DNA of 64,000 nt, from contig JAQCIU010000001.1 of NCBI GenBank assembly GCA_027593235.1, positions 103,132 through 167,131 on the forward strand, read 5' to 3'. The stretch comes from Chloroflexota bacterium (GTDB lineage: Bacteria; Chloroflexota; Dehalococcoidia; UBA2979). This document shows, in pieces, positions 29,173 to 36,469 of the stretch. The translations under genes and the position numbers were made by a program. Below the pieces are notes generated by a model. It was not told where the DNA came from. It saw nothing but the letters and a program-made list of their open reading frames with translations, and did not search any database. Within the stretch, counting starts at the first letter, position 1; the number at the start of each line of letters is the position of its first letter.

Positions 29173-29772
29173 ATGCGCGTTCGAGGGGTTGCACTCGCCG
29201 GCGGACTCGCCGCCGTCGGCACACTCTGGGCGGCGGTCGCGCGGCGCAGCCGCGGCGGCGACGGCGCTGACGACGAGGATCGCAGCGGGAACGGCCCGCC
29301 CTCGTTCCGATCGCACTTCACCGTGCGCGCCCCGCTCGAGGTGGTCGCCCGCTTCCACGCCGATCCTCGGGCGCTGCTCCGCTTGACCCCGCCGCCGACG
29401 ATCATCCGCGTGCACCGCATGGATCCGCTCGCCGAAGGCTCGGTCAGCGACTTCACGATGTGGGTCGGTCCGCCGATCCACTGGCGTGCCGTCCACAGCG
29501 ACCTCGGCCCGAATGGCTTCACCGATACCCAGGAGCGCGGCCCGATGGCGCGCTGGGTGCACCGCCATTACTACCGCGCACTCGCGCCCGATCGCACCGA
29601 GGTGACCGACGAGATCTGGTACGCCCACCCGGCGGGGTGGCGCGGCCTGCTCACGCGCCTGCTCTTCTCCACCATCCCGCTACGCGGCCTCTTCGCCTAC
29701 CGCTCGTGGGTCACCCGCCGCACCCTCGACTCGCGACGCGACAGCTCGCTGGAGTGGCACGCCTCCGAGTAG
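29173..29772 (+). CDS. SRPBCC (cyclase/dehydrase-like) family protein with an N-terminal anchor
   Basis: ...FTVRAPLEVVARFHADPRALLRLTPP...WVHRHYYRALAPDRTEVTDEIWY... is a START/SRPBCC-type pattern. Confidence 0.6.
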   Translation: MRVRGVALAGGLAAVGTLWAAVARRSRGGDGADDEDRSGNGPPSFRSHFTVRAPLEVVARFHADPRALLRLTPPPTIIRVHRMDPLAEGSVSDFTMWVGPPIHWRAVHSDLGPNGFTDTQERGPMARWVHRHYYRALAPDRTEVTDEIWYAHPAGWRGLLTRLLFSTIPLRGLFAYRSWVTRRTLDSRRDSSLEWHASE

Positions 29773-30395
29773 CGCCCGATTCGCGGGAGATCCGCGTCAG
29801 GCCGTCACGCCGGGCACGGAGTCGCGCCTCGGCCCCCGCGGAGCTTCGCTCCGAGTCTGTCTAGGTTGTGAAAAAGCTCTTTAGCGAATGGACATAACCT
29901 CACCCATTCCACACCGTGGAAGGAGTATGTTCACCGCGACCCCCGCTCCGCGCGGGGGCCGACGGTCCGGGGATGGATCCCGCGGACCGGTCCTTCCTGG
30001 CGGGGGGACTCGGCAACCAGCACGGATGCGAGTCGGAGGGGAAACACCTCCCGACGGTCACCGGCGTGCACCAATCTCGGTCGGCGTGCGACCTCGATAC
30101 CGTCTGGGACGACCAGTTCGACGAGCAATACACAAGAAGGCCCCGACGTGGCAGCAACCACGTCGAGGCCGGTGCGAGGGGTGCGTCAGCCCGCCCCCAG
30201 TGCAATCACAGATTGTACGCGGGTTCGCGACCTCTTACGGGTCCGAGCCCGCGTGTTCGTTAACGCGCGCCTCGCAAACCTCGCACCTCGGACGGAGGTG
30301 TACGCGAGGGAGATTCGAGTCCCCGGGGACGACAACGACCGCCCCGGCTGCGAATGCGATCAGACGACGAACACCATTCTTGGAAGGATGGACCT

Positions 30396-30863
30396 GTGCT
30401 CCGGAAACTCTTTGCAACAACCATGGGTGTCGCGCTCACCGGAGCGGCGATCGTCGGTGGCGTCTACGCGTGGGATGCGAGTGCCGGTTCCGGCACACAG
30501 GTGGCCACGGTCGGTACCGCCTCGATCTCAGTGCAGTACACCCCGAGCGCGAACCTGCTCGGTCCGAACGGAACCTCCGTGCTCGTTGGCGATGGCTCCA
30601 TCACCAACGGAGGAAGTTTCCCTGTATCGATCAGCAGCGGATCCGTCGCCATCGATGCGTTGACGAGTAACGCACCGAATGGTCCGGGCACTTGCGTCCT
30701 CGGAGATTTCGCCGGATCAGTCACCGTGACTGATGCTTCAGCAGTGGCACCGACCGCCAGCGGCGGCGGGTTCGACGTCAATGTCCTTACCGGTGCCGGA
30801 GCCGCTGCAGATTGCCAGGGGGACACGGTCGATTACACCGTGACCATCAACGCAACGACGTAG
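30396..30863 (+). CDS. TasA/camelysin-like exported protein, paralogue 1 (SipW-type signal peptide)
   Basis: GGAAGGA SD 7 nt before GTG 30396. N-terminus VLRKLFATTMGVALTGAAIVGGVYAW|DAS. Beta-rich Gly/Ser/Thr mature part with two Cys. GC3 ~69% by hand count. Confidence 0.65.
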   Translation: MLRKLFATTMGVALTGAAIVGGVYAWDASAGSGTQVATVGTASISVQYTPSANLLGPNGTSVLVGDGSITNGGSFPVSISSGSVAIDALTSNAPNGPGTCVLGDFAGSVTVTDASAVAPTASGGGFDVNVLTGAGAAADCQGDTVDYTVTINATT

Positions 30864-30876
30864 GAGAGGCTTGGAA

Positions 30877-31467
30877 GTGAGTCGGTCGGCGACGCTTCGC
30901 GCGGTCTTCGCTTCCATGTTTCTTCTGGCGTCCGTCGGGGCGTCCTTGGTCGGTGCGGCGTTCGCATGGAGCGCGAACGGCGGTGCGATTGACACCGCGA
31001 GTGTGGGGGCGAACGGCATGATTGTCCTCATCTTCCCCAGCGGTTCGATCGGACCAAACGGGCAAACGGCGACCGTCGCTACCGGACGAATTAAGAACTC
31101 GGGGGATTTCACGCTGGCAATTACCGGCGGCTCCGTAAGCATCGATGGCCTGACTCCGGCAGCTCCGGGCGGCCTCGCCTGTGCTGCCGGAGATTTTTCG
31201 GGGAACGTCATTGCGTTGCCGCCGTCTCACGTTGGACCCGGTTCGGTCAGCATCCCCGATTTCAATGTGGTGATCGCCACGGCGCTCGACCGGCGATCAG
31301 ATCGCCGGGAGACTCTGGCTGCATCTCCCGAATGCCGGCGGTTGGCTCCAGAAGCTACGGGAGCCATTCAACTTCGGGCTGTTGGCGATGGGGATGGCGC
31401 TCGCGGCCGGAGTCGGCGGGACGGAACTGCGGCGGCGACGCCGGAGACGGAGCAGAACAATGCGTGA
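30877..31467 (+). CDS. TasA/camelysin-like exported protein, paralogue 2
   Basis: AGGAGAGG SD, then GTG 30877 (TTG 30871 is an alternative). VSRSATLRAVFASMFLLASVGASLVGAAFAW|SAN. Aligns with paralogue 1 through ...GPNG...GSVSIDGLT...CAAGDFSGNV. The 3' end frame is ambiguous (see findings). Confidence 0.6.
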   Translation: MSRSATLRAVFASMFLLASVGASLVGAAFAWSANGGAIDTASVGANGMIVLIFPSGSIGPNGQTATVATGRIKNSGDFTLAITGGSVSIDGLTPAAPGGLACAAGDFSGNVIALPPSHVGPGSVSIPDFNVVIATALDRRSDRRETLAASPECRRLAPEATGAIQLRAVGDGDGARGRSRRDGTAAATPETEQNNA

Positions 31468-32695
31468 TTCTCAGGAACGATCGGGCGCCCCTGCCGTCGA
31501 TCGCCGCGCGGACGGCGACCAGCGCGGTGGCTGGCGGCGCGATTGGCGGCGCGATTGGCGACGGGAATGGCGCGGCACGGTGCCGATGGCGCTGATGGGC
31601 GTCGTGAGCCTCGGTGCGGTGCTGATCGTCGTGTTCGCGATGCTCGCGTTCACCTCGTTCCGGCGGAGCACGGAGAGCAGCGAGTACGTCGAGCGCCTCC
31701 AGTACCAGCAGGAAGCCTCGATGCACTACGAGGTCACGATGGCGCGTTCGTCGCTGTACCCGGGCGGAGTGTTCCTCCCGCGCGGCCCCGCGCTCGACAC
31801 GGCGGCCTTCCAGGGCGTCGGCTCGACCGCGACCGTCGACAGCTTCTCGACCCGCCTCGCCAGCGACCTCGAGATCGGCATTCACTACGAGCTGGTCAGC
31901 GCGGCGTTCGCCGATCCGGCGGTCGATCCGCAGGCGCTCGCGGGGACGGTCAGCGCCACCCTCGAGATACAGTCCGGGCGCGACGGGTGGATCCAGGTCC
32001 GCCCCTTGATCGGCACGCAGGAGTTCAGCGGTCCGACCGTGGACGCGATCGGGACCGTCAATCTTCGTGGCATCGCCGCGCTCGTCGAGCGGATCGAAGA
32101 GGAAACCGGGATCGTCCCGCCTCAGTATCTGCTCCGCGTGGTCCCGACGATTGAGCTGAGCGGCCCGATCGGTGTCGAGTCGATCCGAGAGGTCTTCAGC
32201 CCCGTCTTCACATTCGCCTATAACTCGACTCAGGTCGCGACCGATGCGCGTCTGGTGCGCGGTGAATCGCGCATCATCGGACAGGACGTCACCTCCCAGG
32301 AGCGGATCAGCTACGCCGGATTCCAGGGCAGCGTGTCGGAGGCCCGTCAGATCGCGACGGCTGGTCTGGCGCTCTCAATCGCCGCCGTGGCCATCGCCGG
32401 AGCGATGCTCCAGTTGGGAATCGGCAGCGACGAGGACTCCCACATCCGCCAGCGATACCGCTCGCGGCTGGTGGCCGTCGCCACCAGCGGCAGCGCGCAC
32501 CCACGTGACACGATCCAGCTCGCCTCGATCCAGGATCTGGCGCGGGTCGCCGACCGCTCCGGCGGGTTGATCCTCTCCGAGCGGGGTCATCGCGGGACCC
32601 GCTACTTCGTGCCCGACGGTGACGAGATCTACGAGTACGAAACCGTCCGCGGCGAACGGCCGAGCAGCCGGGCGGCAGTGCCGGAGGTGCAGTGA
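31460..32695 (+). CDS. Two-TM envelope protein, DUF5305-like
   Basis: Arg/Trp-rich N-terminus, TM (MALMGVVSLGAVLIVVFAMLAF), ~270-aa ectodomain, second TM (ATAGLALSIAAVAIAGAMLQLGI), ~90-aa cytoplasmic tail. The start is uncertain (31382/31388 also possible). Overlaps both neighbouring genes. Confidence 0.6.
   Translation: MRDSQERSGAPAVDRRADGDQRGGWRRDWRRDWRREWRGTVPMALMGVVSLGAVLIVVFAMLAFTSFRRSTESSEYVERLQYQQEASMHYEVTMARSSLYPGGVFLPRGPALDTAAFQGVGSTATVDSFSTRLASDLEIGIHYELVSAAFADPAVDPQALAGTVSATLEIQSGRDGWIQVRPLIGTQEFSGPTVDAIGTVNLRGIAALVERIEEETGIVPPQYLLRVVPTIELSGPIGVESIREVFSPVFTFAYNSTQVATDARLVRGESRIIGQDVTSQERISYAGFQGSVSEARQIATAGLALSIAAVAIAGAMLQLGIGSDEDSHIRQRYRSRLVAVATSGSAHPRDTIQLASIQDLARVADRSGGLILSERGHRGTRYFVPDGDEIYEYETVRGERPSSRAAVPEVQ
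31532..31575. repeat. 12-bp tandem repeat (about 3.5 units) inside the DUF5305-like gene
   Basis: tggcggcgcgat tggcggcgcgat tggcgacgggaa tggcgcgg, encoding WRRD WRRD WRRE WR. Confidence 0.85.
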
Positions 32696-33087
32696 TGCGT
32701 CTGTTCTTCGGCGCCGTAGCGCTGGCAGTGGTTGCCGCGGGTGTGGTTGCCGGGGCTGCCGGGCTTCAGATCGCCGGTGGCCCCGGACAGGTGATCAGCG
32801 CCGGCGTGATCGGACACTCGGCGCCGGATCCCCTCGTGCTCGCGGTCGGCGATGACGCCGCCGTGGAGTTGGAGTGGGCTGCGGTGGCGGGCGCGACCTC
32901 GTATCGCCTGCTCCGCTCCGACGGCGGCCCGTTCACCCTCATCGCCACGCTCAGCGTCGGCGATTTCGACGACACGACGGTCGTGCCTGGCGGCAGCTAC
33001 TCGTACCGCGTCTACGCCGTGGGCGCCGATGGCGCGGTGAGCGACGCGCCAGCGGCAGGCAGCATCGCCGTCCCGCTCGAACCCTGA
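32692..33087 (+). CDS. Small membrane-anchored fibronectin type III domain protein
   Basis: ATGA overlap with the upstream gene. N-terminal hydrophobic anchor, then ...LEWAAVAGATSYRLLRSDGGPFTLIA...DTTVVPGGSYSYRVYAV (Fn3 pattern). Confidence 0.7.
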   Translation: MMRLFFGAVALAVVAAGVVAGAAGLQIAGGPGQVISAGVIGHSAPDPLVLAVGDDAAVELEWAAVAGATSYRLLRSDGGPFTLIATLSVGDFDDTTVVPGGSYSYRVYAVGADGAVSDAPAAGSIAVPLEP

Positions 33088-33166
33088 GTGGCGGCGGCTG
33101 TACCCCGATCACTCCACGGCGGATGAGTCCCAACCGGTCGCGTGCCCTCGGGAAGGGCGTGCGGCG

Positions 33167-34429
33167 CTAGCGGATCGCGCCGGCGGCGCGCAGTTGCGCG
33201 ATCGCCTCGGCGGAGTAGCCGGCGGCTTCCAGTACGGCGTCCGTGTCTCGGCCCAGGGTCGGTGCGGCGCCCTGCGCGGCCGGTGGCGTGACGCTCATCT
33301 TCCACGGCGGCGCAGCCATCTGCTGCGGGCCGGACAGTTCGTGATCCAGGTCGACCATGTACTGGTTCGCCGTCACCTGCGGGTGCGTCGCCAGCTCCTC
33401 CACGAAGTGGACTTTGCTGACCGGGACGCCGTTCTCCTCGAAGACCCGCTCCCAGTGCTCCGAGGTGTTTCCGCGGATCATGTCCTCGACCTGCTCGGTG
33501 ATCGCCGCGTCGGTCATGATCTGCTCGGGGTTGTAGAGGTCGTAGTCGGGCTCGTCGCGGTTGTGCTCGATCTTCAGCGCGGTGCGCACCTTCGCGCGCA
33601 ACGAAGCGGAGAGCGCGCCGATCGCGATCGCGCCGTCCTTCGTCGCGAACGCGCGGTAGTAGATCTGCGGCGTGCGTTCGTGCTGACGCACGAACTCCGC
33701 GTAGTCGACGCCGTCGGCTTCGCGTGTTTCGAGGTCGGCAAGCAGCCGCCCGCGCGTCGCCGCGTCCGCCGCCGGGAGCGACATCGAGGTGCCCTGGATC
33801 GTCAGCGCGTTGATCAGCAGCGACGTCTCCAGCATCTGCCCCTCGCCCGTCTGCGCGCGATGGAACAGCGCCGCGCAGATGCCGAGGGCAAGCGAGTAGC
33901 CGGTGGTGTAGTCGGCGTACGCGCCGCCAACCTTGGGGCTGCCCCGCTCGTCCAGCTTGCCGAGCCCCGCCATCAGGCCAGAAGCCGCCTGCACGACGAT
34001 GTCGTAGCCGGGCCGGTTCGCCCACGGACCTTCGCGGCCGAACGCGGTGTTGTCCGCGTAGATGATGTCTGGCTTGATCGCGCGCACCGCTTCGTAGTCC
34101 AAACCCAGCTTGGCGGGCACGTCCGGGCGGTAGTTGATCACCATGACATCGATCTCTTCGAGCAGCTTGTAGACCACCTGGCGCGCGTCCGGGTGGCCGA
34201 GGTCGATCGCGAGCGAGCGCTTGCCGCGGTTGAGGCCCTGGTAGGTCTTCGACTCCATCGGCAGAAACTGCTGCGTCAGCCGCCACGGCTCCCCGTGCGG
34301 CGGTTCGATCTTGATCACGTCCGCACCCAGGTCCGCGAGGAGCTGGCAGGAGAGGGGGCCGGCGATAATCTGGGTGAAATCGAGGACGCGCACGCCGTTC
34401 AGCGGGCCAGATGCCACGTTGACCTCCAT
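33167..34429 (-). CDS. CoA-transferase family III (CaiB/BaiF)
   Basis: [44 protein letters not shown]... with the catalytic Asp region ...[13 protein letters not shown]. Confidence 0.92.
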   Translation of the reverse strand: MEVNVASGPLNGVRVLDFTQIIAGPLSCQLLADLGADVIKIEPPHGEPWRLTQQFLPMESKTYQGLNRGKRSLAIDLGHPDARQVVYKLLEEIDVMVINYRPDVPAKLGLDYEAVRAIKPDIIYADNTAFGREGPWANRPGYDIVVQAASGLMAGLGKLDERGSPKVGGAYADYTTGYSLALGICAALFHRAQTGEGQMLETSLLINALTIQGTSMSLPAADAATRGRLLADLETREADGVDYAEFVRQHERTPQIYYRAFATKDGAIAIGALSASLRAKVRTALKIEHNRDEPDYDLYNPEQIMTDAAITEQVEDMIRGNTSEHWERVFEENGVPVSKVHFVEELATHPQVTANQYMVDLDHELSGPQQMAAPPWKMSVTPPAAQGAAPTLGRDTDAVLEAAGYSAEAIAQLRAAGAIR

Positions 34430-34697
34430 GGTCGATGCTGGGTTCGCCTTGATCGGCGATGCGGTCACGCGGGCTGGGCGGCGCGTGAGCCTGCGGCTCG
34501 GACTGGCCGAATCGTACGGGACGGATGTCAGGTCAAGAGCCGGTTGCCCCCGCTGCCTGAGCACGCGTGGCGGTTTCCGGCCACGGGACCGCCGCGGATG
34601 CGGGTTTGCCGGTTGCCGGAGCCGGGATCGACGGCCATACTCAATATTCGCGTCGGCGGCAGGTTCGTCGCGTTTCCCGAACAGCAGAGAGTCACAG

Positions 34698-35003
34698 ATG
34701 GCCAAGAAGTCCAAGCTCGCGAAGAACGCCCGTCGGGCAGTGCTCGTGGAGCGCTACGCCGAGAAGCGCGCCGAGCTGGTGAAGGTCACGCACGATCCGG
34801 TCGCGTCGCCGGACGACAAGCTCGCCGCGTACGCCAAGCTGGGCAAGATGCCCCGCGACGCCAGCGCCACCCGCTACGTCAACCGCTGCGGCGTCACGGG
34901 CCGTCCTCGTGCATTCATGCGCCGCTTCGGTGTCTCGCGGATCGTCTTCCGCGAACTCGCGAACCAGGGACTGCTCCCGGGCGTGAAGAAGTCGAGCTGG
35001 TAA
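34698..35003 (+). CDS. rpsN: 30S ribosomal protein S14, long (101-aa, non-zinc-ribbon) form
   Basis: [28 protein letters not shown]...[39 protein letters not shown]. No CxxC pairs. Confidence 0.95.
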   Translation: MAKKSKLAKNARRAVLVERYAEKRAELVKVTHDPVASPDDKLAAYAKLGKMPRDASATRYVNRCGVTGRPRAFMRRFGVSRIVFRELANQGLLPGVKKSSW

Positions 35004-35043
35004 CCAGCTCGGCCCCCAACCGGGCCGACGACGAGCGCTGAAC

Positions 35044-35070
35044 AGCCCGCCGTCGGCGGGCTTTTTGTTG
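35044..35070 (+). terminator. Rho-independent terminator after rpsN
   Basis: AGCCCGCC-gtc-GGCGGGCT stem followed by TTTTTGTTG. Confidence 0.85.
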
Positions 35071-35141
35071 GCCAAGGCAATCGCCGTTTCGGATCGATCG
35101 AGGCCGCTCGCACGGATCGATCCAGCTCGAGGTAGGACCCA

Positions 35142-36380
35142 GTGCTGACCCGGCCGTTCCTCACGCTCGCCTTCGCGATGTTCGCGGCCACCATGGGCAT
35201 CGGCATGGTGACGCCGATCCTGCCGGTCTACGCGGAGTCACAGGGCGCCTCCGGAGCGGAGATCGGGCTGGCGTTCTCCAGCTTCGCGATCACCCAGCTC
35301 ATGATCAGCCCCTTCAGCGGGCGATTGGCCGATCGCTACGGTCGGAAGATCTTCATCGTCGCGGGGCTCGCCTCATACGTGGTCACGGCGCTGGGTTGGT
35401 ACTACACGGACACCGTGTACTGGACGATCGCCTTCCGCGCGTTCTCCGGCATCGGATCCGCGGTGATCTTCTCGCTGTCGCAGGCCTACATCGGCGACCT
35501 CGCGCCTTCCGGCCGCGAAGGCCGCTACATGGGCACCTTCGGCGTGTTCATGTCGGTCGGCTTCGGGATCGGTCCGCTGCTGGCCGGCGTGATCCGGGAC
35601 CAGTGGGACATCCAGACGGTCTTCGTCAGCATGGCGCTGATGTTCGCGGCGGCGACGGTGTTCGTCGCCTTCGCGTTGCCCCGCTCGCACCGCGCGCGCC
35701 GCGGCGACGCGAACTCGCCGCCGCAGGTCCCCTGGGGGACGATCCTCCGCCATCCCTACGTACAGGCGCTCTACCTCGTCGGCACCTCGCTCTCGTTCGC
35801 CATGGGCGCGAGCTTCACCTTCGTCGCCATCTTCCTCGAGAACGAACTCGCCGCCACCGCGACGATGGTCGGCGCGGTGCTCGCGGTGCAGCAGGTCACC
35901 GGCGGCGCAATGCAACCCCTCTCCGGGCTGCTCGCCGACCGCTTCAACCGCCGCTATCTGATTGTGGTCGGCGCCGTCCTCGTCGCCGCCGGCTACCTGC
36001 TCGCCGCGGTGGTCGGCGCGTACTGGATGATCATCCTCGGCTTCATGCTCGGCGTGGGCGTCGGCAGCTCGATCTCTCAGGTGGCCACCCAGGCGCTGCA
36101 GGTGGACATCGGCCGAGGGCTCGGCATGGCGACGGTGATGAGCCTGCAATCGACCTCGTTCGGCTCGGGCATCCTGCTGGGGTCGATGCTGACGGGCGTC
36201 GTGAACGACCAGATCGGGACACGTGCGGTGTTTGTCACCGCCTCGATCGTCATCCTCGCCGGGGCCTCGGCGTTCCTGCTGCGCACTGCCGGGCGGCCGA
36301 TCGAGCGTTTCGCGGTCGCCACCGCCGAGGGCAATGACGCTCACGAGGGTGGCGAGCACGCGGAGGCCGCCAGCGGGTAG
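35142..36380 (+). CDS. MFS transporter (drug:H+ antiporter-like)
   Basis: GTG start, 12 TM, motif A ...SGRLADRYGRKIF. Confidence 0.9.
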   Translation: MLTRPFLTLAFAMFAATMGIGMVTPILPVYAESQGASGAEIGLAFSSFAITQLMISPFSGRLADRYGRKIFIVAGLASYVVTALGWYYTDTVYWTIAFRAFSGIGSAVIFSLSQAYIGDLAPSGREGRYMGTFGVFMSVGFGIGPLLAGVIRDQWDIQTVFVSMALMFAAATVFVAFALPRSHRARRGDANSPPQVPWGTILRHPYVQALYLVGTSLSFAMGASFTFVAIFLENELAATATMVGAVLAVQQVTGGAMQPLSGLLADRFNRRYLIVVGAVLVAAGYLLAAVVGAYWMIILGFMLGVGVGSSISQVATQALQVDIGRGLGMATVMSLQSTSFGSGILLGSMLTGVVNDQIGTRAVFVTASIVILAGASAFLLRTAGRPIERFAVATAEGNDAHEGGEHAEAASG

Positions 36381-36469
36381 GCCCCGCCCCTTACCTTGTT
36401 CGCGATCGCCGGCTGGACCGTGGCTGGGGGTCAGATCCGGCAGCGCCGGCATGGCTCATTGCCCCCTGT

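Noticed and set aside
30296-30345. tRNA/tmRNA-like T-arm (GGGAGATTCGAGTCCCC) and a GGGGGCCGACGG segment at 29954 reminiscent of a tmRNA 5' end
   Set aside because: The T-stem does not pair properly (position 53-61 mismatch). There is no complementary acceptor 3' strand or CCA context, no tag-peptide reading frame ending in ...ALAA, and no GGUUUCGAC element.
29888-30670. 260-aa ORF (and sister ORFs 29916..30263, 30148..30663) covering the leader region
   Set aside because: The translations are Arg/Pro/Gly-rich with no hydrophobic core or motif. They run through the SD and into the wrong frame of the TasA-like gene, so I treat the region as non-coding.
34430-34697. Zur/Fur box upstream of the stand-alone rpsN
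   Set aside because: I found no AT-rich palindrome resembling known Zur boxes by eye, and the only AT-rich patch (catactcaatattcg) is not symmetric.
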